Of a stretch of DNA of 64,000 nt, positions 12,939 to 25,512 are shown piece after piece. Below the pieces are notes generated by a model. It was not told the DNA's origin. It saw nothing but the letters and a program-made list of their open reading frames with translations, and ran no database searches. The stretch is from the human T2T-CHM13v2.0 reference genome, Homo sapiens, in the NCBI RefSeq assembly GCF_009914755.1, contig NC_060931.1; one strand, 5' to 3'. Position 1 is the stretch's first letter, and every line of letters begins with the position of its first letter. Both the position numbers and the translations under genes were made by a program.

Positions 12939-13235
12939 GGCCGGGCATGGTGGCTCACGCCTGTAATCCCAGCACTTTGGGAGGCCAAGGCGGGTGAATC
13001 ACAAGGTCAGGAGTTCAAGACCAACCTGGCCAAGATGGTGTGAAACCCCATCTCTACTAAAAATACAAAAATTAGCTGGGCATGGTGGCAGGCGCCTATA
13101 ATCCCACCTACTAGGGAGACTGAGGCAGAGAATTGCTTGAACCCAGGAGGCGGAGGTTGCAGTGAGCCGAGCTTGCATCACAGCACTCCAGGCTGGGCGA
13201 CAGAGCGAGACTTGGTCTTATAAAAAACAGAAAAT
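12939..13235 (+). mobile_element. Alu (AluS-like)
   Basis: Full dimer; TSD AATAATGTATGTGTA at 12924-12938 and 13236-13250. Confidence 0.95.
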
Positions 13236-13545
13236 AATAATGTATGTGTAAACGTCTGCGTCCCCTCCCCCTATTTATGTGACAGCGTCAGTACTTGTTT
13301 TGGTAGCTAGCATAAGGGTTCCATGAAATTATGACCAGAAAACAAAGTAACACTGTGAATAATGAAGCTGGGTTTTGTGTGTCCTTTTCTGGGGGGAAGA
13401 GAGTTAATATTTGTGTTTGGGCATATTTTATGTTATTCATTTCCCAAACATGACACAGCAGGACGGTCTGCTGTAAGAGCTCAGGCTCACCATGGATTCT
13501 GACATGTGTTTTCCTCTTTTTCCTTTTCATCCCATTCAATTCAAG

Positions 13546-13682
13546 TGAACTGCCTCATTCACCTCAGAACCTCCTGGTCAGCCCTAATTCTTCCCACAGC
13601 CACGCCGTGGTGCTCTCTTGGGTCCGGCCCTTTGATGGAAACAGTCCTATTCTTTATTACATCGTGGAGCTCTCTGAAAACA
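13546..13682 (+). CDS. SDK1: SDK1 internal coding exon (137 bp, phase 2 to 1), N-terminal part of an FN3 domain
   Basis: Polypyrimidine tract then AAG acceptor; donor A|GTAAGT. Reads ELPHSPQNLLVSPNSSHSHAVVLSWVRPFDGNSPILYYIVELSEN and joins in frame to the next exon (A+AC = Asn). Not in the ORF track. Confidence 0.96.
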
Positions 13683-14379
13683 GTAAGTAGCAAAATGAAA
13701 CTGTCACCATGGACGATAATCAGATTTTTGTGTGTGCTCTTAATGTCCTTAACCTTTACTTCTGGGTCAGACCCAAAACAACTACTAAAATGCTGTAATG
13801 CTTTACAGGGTTTCAAACACAGCCTGCCCTTTAGGAAAGAAAAAACCATGCAGGACCTGAGAGAGGGAAGGGAAGAAGTCCTTAGTTAGAGGGGCTCTTG
13901 GTGGAGAGTGGATTTGGGGCCCCATGGGAGGGCTGTGCACACAGGGCTGCCCCGCACAGTGTCACTCCCAGGGCGAGCTGGAAATGGGTTAACAATGCCT
14001 GCCACCTGGGTGACTTGAGAGTTCACCGTCGCCGCCACTGCTCATGTCTGTGGGAGGTTTTCTCCGGTGTAGACGTGGTGTCAAGTGTTCAGCACCCTCT
14101 TCCTGACTCACCTTCCAGGACCCCTCTGCCCATTTACCGCCATCCTTGGAACTCTTCTACATGAAACATGCTCCTTCCGTGGGCCACTCACAGCCTTGGC
14201 TCTCCTCCAGCCGCCAAGCCCTCCTTCCCTTCTCTTCCCAGCTGGCTGGGTGACGTGTGCCCCGCCGTGTGCACCCACTCACGCCTCTCCGCTCTCCCTG
14301 GAATCTCTTCCTGGGAAATCGCATGCACTCCTGTGATTTTAAGTGGCATATTTTCCTTGATGACTCGAACATTTGTATC

Positions 14380-15413
<1,034 letters not shown>

Positions 15414-15467
15414 GTCCAGTTTAACCTTTTAATACGTAAGCTGCCGGCCTCCCTCTGTTATCCTATC

Positions 15468-15810
15468 TGTATTAGTCGGTTTTCACACTGCCAATAAAGA
15501 CACACCCAAGACTGGGCAATTTACAGAGGAAAGAGGTTTAATGGAGAACTCACAGTTCCACGTGGCTAGGAAAGCCTCACAATCATGGTGGAAGGTGAAA
15601 GTCATGTCTCACATGGCGGCAGACAAGAGAAGACAGCTTGTGCAGGAAAACTCCCCTTGTACTAACCCTCAGACCTCGTGAGACTTGCTGTCAGGGGAAC
15701 AGCACAGGAGAGACCTGCCCCCATGATCCAGTTACCTCCCACCGGGTCCCTCCCACAACTCATGGGAGTTCAAGATGAGATTTGGGTGGGGACATAGGTG
15801 ACCCACATCA
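15468..15810 (-). mobile_element. THE1 (ERVL-MaLR) solo LTR
   Basis: TGTATTAGTC...ATCA termini, about 340 bp; THE1 motifs CTCACAATCATGGTGGAAGG and GATGAGATTTGGGTGGGGACA. Confidence 0.92.
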
Positions 15811-16612
15811 CCCATCATTTATTCCAGATGAGGGTCTCCTTCCCTGAGCCTCCCCCAGGCAGAGCCAGATGCAGGTATCCTGGCTGTTAACACGATCCAC
15901 TTTATTCGGCCTGTGGTTGTCTCTGGATGATACTGGTGTTCTAAACGGGTCCCTGTTTTCAGGACACCTAGGAGTGGTGCACTCTCGGGTACCCTCCCCT
16001 GAAACCCAGCTCCCCGTGGGTCCCTGGTGCTGCTCACTTTTCTGGGCAGATTCAGCCTGAGTTCTGCCGTGGCTCTTCCCAGCTGATGTCAGCCTGTACA
16101 CGCCCCCAGCAATTATTGAGATAACTCACTTTATTTCTCCTAATTACCTTTCTACACCCTCGCCCTTCCCTGGGGGTTCCCTTCTGATAATACTGCATGT
16201 TCACACCACAGCCACACAGTTTAATCCCCATTTCATAGCTACGGGAATGGATGTGCAGAGGCTGTAAGTCACTGTCAACTGCCCAGGGTCACATGGCGAT
16301 GGGAGGGGAAGATGGGATCCCTGTGCTGTCTGACTCCAGAGCCGGTGCTCATGACGAGTGTCAGGCATCCGCAGAGGAGCCTTCGGAAGCAGAGTGTGCT
16401 GTCCTGCACTACAGCGGGGCTTCAGGGAGAGGCCACACTTGGGCGTTGGTCTGTGTGGACGTGGAGGAAGCCACTCTGTGAATCTGAAGAACCATTATTT
16501 GAGTTCTGCACCACGCAAACCAGTTCACCGAGGGAAGGCCCAGAGGCAGTATGTTATTCCGGGTCTTGGGCTTCTAAGGTTACACCTTCCAGTCCTGGGC
16601 ACCACCTCGGAG

Positions 16613-16700
16613 TGAGGCCAGAGTCCAGGCCCTTCTCCCCCTTGCAGGGGCATCTCTGAGGCCGGAGTCCAGGCCCTTCTTCCCCTGCGGGGGGCCTCTG
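16613..16700. repeat. Imperfect 44-bp tandem duplication (2 copies)
   Basis: TGAGGCCRGAGTCCAGGCCCTTCT... starts at 16613 and again at 16657. Confidence 0.85.
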
Positions 16701-18383
16701 CAACTCCCACTCGGGCCTCTTTCCTCCCAGAGATGGGGCAGGATAGAAACCAGCGTGTGTGCAGACGGCCATCTTAGCTTCCATTCAACGGCTCTGACCG
16801 AACGGGGAAGGCCAGGGTGTTACTGATTCAGATAACTTCTGAGAGTACAGAAGAGTTTCCTGAGGATGGCGTGGCCATGCTGCCTGTACGTAAAACAGGA
16901 CTTGACAGTGATCTGGACGGAGAGAATGGGACAGGGGAGAGCTCGTGTCATCTGAATTCTGGTTCGCATCCACCCTAAGGACAGCCCCCATCAGGCGCTG
17001 TCGCCTCGGGCTTCAGGACTGTGTCTCCTTTGTCTTCGTGCTCCTCATTCCCTGCACTTAGTACGTACTCAGCAAATGAGGTGAAATTCATCTCTCCAGT
17101 GGAGTCCTCTTGTGATGCACTGAAAATTACAGTCATGGACCGTCTTCCAAAACAGAGGCATTCTACCTTCCCCCGTTTCCATGAAAGAAGGCATGGCTTT
17201 GAGATGCCTGGCCAGCGCTCTTCTCAGCTGATGGCATGACTGGCTCCTCCAGCCAGTTAGCTTGCCTCCATGAGAAGCAGGTTTCGTGTGTAACTATCCA
17301 GCCAGCCACCTACCTGTTACAGCGGTGAAGCCAGCTGGGCATCTGCTCTGCACTCTGCTGGGTGCTGGGTGCAGAGCTGACGTGATCAGTGTCCACTGCG
17401 AACAGCAAGGAGACAGTCAGAGGCATCGATGCAGCCTCCACGTCGCACGTTCCCGGCTAGGTACGTACATAGTGATGTGACTGTATAGAAGGCAAGTCAG
17501 AGAAAGTCTTCAAAGAAGATGTGACATGAGACCTGGGCCAGACGGGCGACGAGGGACAGCATCAGCAAGGACCCCTCAGTGCCAGGCCCCCAGGCTCAGT
17601 GGGAAACAACTGCCCGTGAGATGGGGCTGGGGCGTTGCTGGCGGCGTGTATTGGTGTTACCTGGGAAAGTTCTTCCTCCTTCTTGGTGGCTTGGATCAAA
17701 TATCACTTCTGCAAGTCCCATTACGCCCAGGCAGAAATGGCTTTTCCCTCCTCAGGGCTCCCTTGCTGTTCTACATGCTTCCCTTTGCGCACCTGCGACG
17801 TAACTCCTGGCTTGTGTCCATCTCCTGGCAAGACTGGGAACCCCTTCAGGGCAGGTGGGGTCCCTGTGTTGGTCCTCTGTGCTGTGACACCAGCACAGTG
17901 CCTGGCACACACAAGATGGCTCTGTAGGTGTCCAGCTGCTTAATTTCACTCAGAAGGGGACAGAGAACGTCAGTCACCCATATTAGCCTCTGGCTCTCCT
18001 GAAGCTGGCCGACGTTCCCAGCTGTCTTTCCTTCAGAGCCTGGAGTGTGGGTATTGTGGCATGCAGAATCTAGAGTGGGTACCATGGTTGCCTCCTGCCT
18101 GTTCTGATTTCCACTGTGTGAAGGAAGCCCGTGACCTTGGCTGAAGCAGCCTGTGCTGCTACCAGCTGGTTGGTCCGTGTCTTCCTGCTGTGGCAAATAG
18201 GAAGAGTACCACCATCATCTGGGCCAGTGGTCTGGTTTTTATTTTTATTAGCAACAAATGCCCTTAAGAAGCAGCTGAACATGCTGGCTAATTAGAGCCA
18301 GAAAGAACAGCTTAGCAGCAAGTGCACTAAAATGGAAATTGCACTTGGCCTCCACTCAGCGTGTGCAAGTGGTCAGCACTAAA

Positions 18384-18400
18384 TAGCGCCATCTACTAGG
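18384..18400 (-). promoter_or_regulatory. Candidate CTCF motif
   Basis: Minus strand reads CCTAGTAGATGGCGCTA, close to the CTCF core CCASYAGRKGGCRS. Motif only; no occupancy data. Confidence 0.4.
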
Positions 18401-20199
18401 TCTGTCCCTCCGGCTACTTGGGAGACACTCCACAGCCAGCTCCTCCTGGCAGGCTGACTGGGATGCCATTCTCCTGGAAGCCGGGGATCCTGCAGGGGCC
18501 AAACCCACATGGTTTAGTGGCCGAGGCAGGCACTTGATAGCCTCTGCCCTGACGACATTCCTGCCACTGCAGAAGGGCCTCTTCCGAGCTCTGTGGAGCA
18601 GAGCCTGGGGCTTGAACTGAGCCTGCACCCATGTACGGGACTCAAGGTGCATCTCTGGATGGGAGATACACGTGGCCCTCTGCAGGCATGCCAGGGTTTG
18701 CCTCTCTGAGAAGTTTGATGGTTCTCCTGTCCCAGGTGCCTGTTTAGTAAGCCTGGGACTCAGAGAGGGGCAGTAGTGTCCTAGGCCTGGGTCAAGGCAC
18801 CCACCTGGTGGATTGAGGAGGGCAGAGGGTCAGGCCAGGTGGCGGATGAGGGAAGCCTGGGGGATCCCTGCATTGAGAGAGTGCAGGGATTCTTGATGGC
18901 TTGACAGTGGGGACCCTGTGACCAGGCTGAGAATTCTGTTGAATAATGAAAGCATTTGGCCCACTCTCTAAAATGCTTATCGATTATGATCAAAAATGAT
19001 CTTTCTTTGAGATTATTATGATCCTGTGGAGGGAGACTGTCAGGTAAGAATTGTGAAAGACTTTGCAGTGTGCCATAAAAAGGATTACTGAGTGTCTCAT
19101 CTAGCGCCCTTCAGGGTTATCTGATTCGATAGGGACCCGCGCTTTCCATCGTCTTTGGGCTACTTATCTCTGTAAATTGTAGAAATCTTATAGTAGTGCA
19201 CTTTGAGTAATGCAAATTTCTTTTCCAAAGAAATGCAAATAAATGCAAATTTTATCCTGTAGAATATAAATATGGCTATTGCTCTGCAGATACTGACCCG
19301 TTTTGCATCTATTTATAAATTCATTTTTGCACTATCAATATGTTGTGGGCTGTTCACTTTCTCTTTTGATACAGTTGAAACGTCTTACTGGTTCCCTCAT
19401 AAATTAATGACAACTAAAATCTTTGATACATGTTGATTCTATCGTTGCATTAGAGCCGTTATTTTACCTTCTTAAAAATTTATTCTTTCACATGAGTGAG
19501 TCGGCATTGCACAGTGTTAGAAATGGAGATTTTCGTTTAATGCAACAGTTGCCACCAGTTTCCACGGCAACCTTGATATTTGGGAGAGGCCATCCTAGTT
19601 CTCAAACTGAGCCTCTGCGTGTTTTCCTTGGGCTGGACAAAGGCGTCCCATGGCTGAAACAGAAGAATGGTGGCCTTCTACCAGTTATCAAGAAAAATTA
19701 AGTCTTTTTCTTATGATTTTTTTTTCAACCTTAACACCTGCTGTTGTATGTCTTGTGGTAAATGCTTGCAGGTAACAAACATATTAAACATTCAGAATCC
19801 TTCATTCTACTCAGTCCTACGGTTAGTTTTTTAATAGGATGAGTGTTCGTAATTGTGATTCCCTATTATACCTTGTAATATTTAAATTTAATTAAAATGT
19901 AAAATACATTTGTACTTTTTATTATTCTAGTTATGCATGCTGATTAATAAAAATTTAGAAATCCCTTAAAGCACAAAGAATAAAAACGATCACTACAGTC
20001 CCACATATGTTGAAAGCCAGCCCTGCACCCAAGCCCTTGGTCCCTCCTCCAGCCCTTCCTCCAGGACTTGGCTCCCTCTTTATTTCCTCTCTGTGTTCTG
20101 TCTTCAAAGCTCTCCCTCTCTCCTGGCTTCTTCTGCCTCAAAGGACTGAGCTCTGCTAATTACCTGCACCTCCTCACTTCTCACGCATTCTATCTACTC

Positions 20200-21690
20200 T
20201 TCTCTCCTGAGGCCATATTGTCGTTGTTGTAAAGGACAGAGCCAGTGAGCTCCACTGAGTCCACATCCCCTCAGCTTCTCTGCAAGCAATGCTCTTGATC
20301 ACTCTCCCCACACAGACCTCCTTGTTCCCAGGACTTGGCTTAAGTCTTTCTCTTCATTCTTCCTTCTTATTTTCTCCTCTCTATCCATTTTCTCTGACTC
20401 ATTGAAGGCTCTATTTCCCCTCCTGCCCCTAAAATGTTGGCATTCCCTGCTTTGTCTCACTCACACACTGGTCTTCTTATCACACATGCTTTTCTAGGGA
20501 TCTCATGTTAGTCCATGGTTCACCTTTGACCCACACACCATAAGTCCCTCATGTGTATTTCTAACCTAGACCTCTCTGCTAAGCCTCAGATTCTTGTAAC
20601 CAAATGTCTTCCACACATCTACACCTCCATGTCCCAGGGCTTATCAGACTCCAACTCTAAAATAGAACTCATCATCTGACCCCAAAGTTGTTCCTCTTCC
20701 AAGTTAGAGATAATGTCCAGGCTGGGCGCAGTGGCTCACACCTGTGTTCTCAGTACTTTGGGAGGCCGAGTCAGGAGGATCACTTGAGGCCAGGAGTTTG
20801 AGACCAGCCTGGGCAACATAGCAAGACCCCATATCTACAAAAAATTAAAAAATTAGCCAGGTGTGGTGGCTCATGCCTATAATCCCAGCTACTCAGGAGG
20901 CTAAGGTGGGAGGATCACTTGAACCCAGGAGTTCAAGGCTGCAGTGAGCCGCGATCGCACCAAGGCACTCCAGCCTGGGAGACAGAATGAGACTTCATCT
21001 CAAAAAAAAAAAAAAAAAGAGAAAAACATAATGTAATTCTTGACTCCTTCACCATTAATTCTCTCCAACAAATCAATCAATAAATTTTATAGGGTTTACC
21101 TCATGCATTTTTATCAAATCCACTGCCCTGCCCTTCTTTGTTCCTGCCACCACTGACCCTAACTGGCTGTTGCCCATCACTGTGATCCATGGATCTGGGA
21201 TCCTCAAATCCATCCTCCCTTGAGCCACCAGAGCGAGCTCAGTAGTACAGGAACCTCACTGAGTGGTTTCCCCTGCCTGAAGCCTTCCAGAGGATCTGCA
21301 GAGAACCCACCGCTGGGGCTGGGCAGGAAGGCTTCAGGAAGCCTGGTACTGTAGACATGGCCCATGTCCTCCCTAGGTTGCCAGCCCTACTTCTTCCGTA
21401 TAGAGGTTCTCGTTCCCTGAAGAGGGGATTCTAGGCTTCTTAGCATGGTAGCAGCACTGTTTACTATCTGACCACCCCCTGCCTCTCCGATTTATCTCCA
21501 GCCACTCACCATTCTGCTTTCCTTACTTCAGCAACAAGGCATTCCTCCGGATTCCCTGGGCACACCAGATATTCAGTGCCACTGCACCTTTGCTCACCGA
21601 ATCTGGGAATTCTCGCCCTGATCCTGTCCCCCTCTGCCTTTGCCTGATCAGCTCTTACTCAGCATCTCCTTTTAGGCATTGCCTCTGGTC
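20200..21690 (+). mobile_element. Decayed L2 LINE interrupted by an AluJ
   Basis: L2-like text such as TCTAACCTAGACCTCTCTGCTAAGCCTCAGA and AAAATAGAACTCATCATCT; boundaries approximate. Confidence 0.6.
20720..21018 (+). mobile_element. AluJ
   Basis: AluJ-type segments GGAGGATCACTTGAGGCCAGGAG, GGGCAACATAGCAAGACC and GAGTTCAAGGCTGCAGTGAG; poly-A tail. Confidence 0.92.
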
Positions 21691-21699
21691 TCAAGGTGC

Positions 21700-21853
21700 T
21701 ACCCCATCTCCTCCCCTAGGGGTGCCACACCCACCCCCTCCCCTGGGAGCGCTGTCCCCATCCCCTCCCTTGGGGGCGCTGTCCTTATCTCTTCCTCTAC
21801 TTGCGTTGTCCCCATCCCCTCCCCTGGGGGCGCTGACCCCAACACCTCCCTCC
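21700..21853. repeat. Degenerate 27-bp C-rich minisatellite (about 5-6 copies)
   Basis: Consensus approximately GCGCTGTCCCCATCCCCTCCCCTGGGG; appears as a 9-aa LGALSPSPP periodicity in the ORF track. Confidence 0.85.
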
Positions 21854-22099
21854 TGAGTTGCCTCAGCAGTGCTGAATCAACCAATGGGCAAACAGCCTTT
21901 AGGGCACCAGCAAAGGCAAGACAGCAACACTAATGCAACTATCTAGAAGGCAATCATTTGAATAATCTTTCTACTCCAACTACACGAAGATACCCTCCTG
22001 TGTCTTCATTCAGGAGGTTGAGGGTTCTGAGTTTCGGGTCTTCTGAGGGTTGTTTTAGTTTGTGTTTCGACTGCTAGTATTCTTGAACCCATTCTGCCA

Positions 22100-23514
22100 A
22101 GTCGGTTGGCTTTGAGCACTTTCTCTGCTATGATCTGTTCATTTTCTTTGCCCCATTTATCTATCCAAGGCCTTAGGGATTTTTTTTTTTTCTGTCATTT
22201 GTAACAAGGATTTTTTCAGTTTGCTTTTACCATTAATGTTTGTATATTACTTTCTGACATACAGAAGTGTTTGACTTTTACGTAGTTAAATCTATTGATG
22301 TTTTCCTTTGTCACTTCATTACTTTTGTGTTTGGATATTTCAACACTCTCAAGCCTAAAATGAGTATTCTTATAGGTTTTTGCCTTGTTTATAAAGGTTT
22401 AATTTTTAATATATTTAACTCTCTAATTTTTCTGGAATTTAGGTGTGTTATATACTCTGGCACACTACTTTTCCTTTCTTTCAAATGATCCATTTTCCCA
22501 ACATGATTTATTAAATAATCTATTTATTTATGGTGTCTCCCTCTTTTTATATTCAGAGGACCTGTTTATACAAAAGTCTGCTTGTGGATTATTTAGTTCC
22601 ATTGATTCATTATCTCTTTTTCTGCCAGTTTTATAGTATTTTAATTGCTTTACTTCCAAAAGGTGTTTTAATAACTGATAAAACAACTCTCTTCAACTTT
22701 TCAGAATTTTGTTATTACTTGTCATCATTTATTCTTCCAGAAAAAACTGAAATTATTTTGTTTCAAAAGTAGTCTCATTGCATTTTTAATCATGTTAAAC
22801 CTATAAATTGTTTTATGAGAAGTGACTTCTTAGTAATTCTGGTTTTCCGTCCAGAAAATAATATGCATCCCTATTTATTCAGCTGTTTAGTGAGGTTTGC
22901 AAGTTTATACCCATAGGCTGTATACTTTTTTGTCAAGGTTGTCCTGAGATTTTGACTCATTGCTACTGTAAATAGCAATTTTTCCCCATTTCGTCTTCTA
23001 ATTAGTTATTGTAGGAACATAGGAAAACCACTGATGTTTAGATATTTATTTTCCATTCAGCCATATTCCATATTCTTTTATTATTCTAACGACTTTTCCA
23101 TTGCTCTTCTTTGCTTTCAAGGTAGACGATCATATCTTTTCCAAATAATACAAATGTATTGTTTTCTTTTTGTTTTTCCTATCTTGCTGTGTTGGTTGGA
23201 ATAATTTTAAATAATTGGCATAGTAATGTCTCTTGTGTTTTTCCTGATCTCAGTGGAATGTCTACTAGGATTTTACTGTTATGTGTAATATAGATTGTTT
23301 TTTATTGAGATATAATTTGTATGTAACAAAATGCAGGGAGCTTAAGGGAGTTTTGACAAATATATACAGCCATATAGCCCACACCTCAAACAAAATACAA
23401 GTCATTTACAATACTCCAGAAAGTTCTTCCTGGCCCTTTCTAGTCAGTCTAACCCCTTCTTCTGACTTCTGTCACCATAGATTAGGTTTTCTTGTTTTTG
23501 AACTTATTGGAAAT
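22100..23514 (-). mobile_element. Old L1 (L1M-type) fragments, antisense
   Basis: T-rich sequence with L1 antisense motifs CATTTTCCCAACATGATTTATTAAATAATC and TTTTTATTGAGATATAATTT. Confidence 0.7.
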
Positions 23515-24704
23515 TGTTACGGGATCTTTGGAGTGTCGCTTTTCCAGCCAGAAACCTCTGTGGCTGGTGGCGGTTTTGTCCGAGTTCTCGTCTTGTATCC
23601 AGGAAGAATAAGGTTCACAGACAAATGGAGGGTGAGGAAGATGAAGAGGAGCTTTATTGAGTGTCCGGACAGCCCAGAGGAGCCCCGCAGTGGGTGGCTG
23701 CTCTCTGTAGGCAAGTCGTCCCATCGTCTCTGCAGCTCTCAGCAGAGAGGAGGCCTGGAGTGGAATTTAGGTGTGTTATATACACCTCTGCTGGCAGCTC
23801 ATCCCGACAAGTGTTCAGCTGTCAGCAGAGAGAAGGCCCTGGAGAGGATAGTAGCTTCTCTCTGCGGCTGGTCGTCCCAGCATCTGCAGCTCTCAGCAGA
23901 GAGAAGGCCTTGGAGAGGTTGTTCAATGTCTGCAGCTCTCAGCAGAGGGTAGCTCCTCTTTACAGCTGGTCCTCCTGTCATCTGCTCAGCTCTGGCTGAG
24001 CCCAGGGTTTTTATGGCCTTCAGAGGGGAGGAAGTGCATGCGGATTGGTCAATGGGTGACCATGAGTGGGCCTGGAAAAGGCACCACAAGTTCCCACTCC
24101 AGCCAGGGGGACTGGCAGCCCTGCCCCCAGCCTCCAGGCCCTCACTGGCCTGAAGGTGGGGCCTCACCGGAGACCCACCTTCTTCTGCCCAGGAGTCTGT
24201 CTGCCTCCTGCTGCCATTCATGGCACTCATGCTCGCCCTGACTTTGCCCCCAGATCAGAGTGGGTGCCAACAGCAGGGAGCAGCCAAGCAGTGAGAGCAG
24301 GCACTTCCAAGCCTGCGAGGGCAGGGGGTCTTCCTGGGTCCCCAAGAGTGCAAGAATGCCTGAGTCTGCAGCCGCGGGTTTTGGCAGCTGCAGCTGTGCC
24401 CAAGAGGGCAGGGATCCTGCCTGCTCCCAGCCCGCCAAGAGCACAAGGAGGCTAGGATCTGCAGCCACGACTTGGGCAGGGCTCCTGCCTGCTCCATGGA
24501 ATGGGAGGCCCAGGTCTGCAGCCACGGTTTGGGCATCTGCAGCGGCACCCCGGGAGCTCCCGCCCCAACTCGTAAGGGGCAGAGCTTCCACTTGTCCCCG
24601 GCTCCTATGGGCTCCTTGGAGCAAGCGGCCCCGGCAGCACCTCCCTGCAACAGCTGGCATGATGGCAGCGGCAGGCTGTCTAGAGCAGCTGGCTGCTGTC
24701 ATCA
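23515..24704 (-). mobile_element. MER52-family (ERV1) solo LTR inserted in the L1
   Basis: TGTTACGGGATC...CATCA termini; near-TSD AAAT/AAAG; GC-rich body with internal ~60-bp CAGCTCTCAGCAGAGAG subrepeats. Confidence 0.85.
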
Positions 24705-25486
24705 AAAGGAACATGATACTGACTTGAATGAGCAGTTTTGTTTATCATGTAATACATTCCTTCCATTCCCACTTCTTAGGATTTTTTAAAATTATGTAGG
24801 AAAATGTTTTATTTCTAAGCAAATTATTCTTAAAATAACAAAATATTACATTTAGAAATACCCCTACGTTTATGTGAGAGAATTCAGAAGATCAATACGC
24901 TTCAGCTTTTGGGAATTCATGCATTCCCAAGGCCCTGCCCCCTGGACAGGTTTCAGAGCTGATGCTCTGAGGGACGTGGTCTTCATCTATGACTCTAGGT
25001 TCCCCAGCCTCAAACCTGAAATAATGTACTTTTCCTTAACTCAGAAAGAAGCCCTGTTTTCTATGAATTAGGAGTTAATCCCATATCTTCATGTTTTCTA
25101 ACAATGTGCGGGAGGAACAACACCTCCGTATCTTCCGCATCGCTCGCTGTCTTCCACGTGGAGTTCCGTGCAGTCGGCGTCTCCACTGCCTAGGGAGTGC
25201 TGGCTTCTCTGGGTGAATGTGGGAGCTTCCTTTTGCAAGTGTGCCATCCATGTGTCCCTTTATGCCTTGGCTACCAGGAAGCCCAAAGCTAACCTGAGTG
25301 TCTAACTGAAGTACCTCAGTCATTCCAACTGCTTAGAACATCTCCATCTCTTTGCATTCTTCTCCTTTATGAGTTTGATTTTGTTTTTGTTTGTATGTAT
25401 GTCATTGTATCACCCAATTTTATGCAGATTTTCACTTTAGAATATCCTTAAGCTCTCTTTAAAAATAGGAGATATCTCTCCCCAAA

Positions 25487-25512
25487 CACACACACACACA
25501 CGCACACACACA
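25487..25512. repeat. (CA)n microsatellite, interrupted
   Basis: Directly visible. Confidence 0.9.

Noticed and set aside
18372-18390. REST/RE1 site (GTCAGCACT AAATAGCGCC)
   Set aside because: It lacks the 2-bp spacer and the GGAC core of the right half-site.
23281-24789. Overlapping 100-220 aa ORFs
   Set aside because: They lie in the GC-rich MER52 LTR and L1, occur on both strands and have no recognisable domain.
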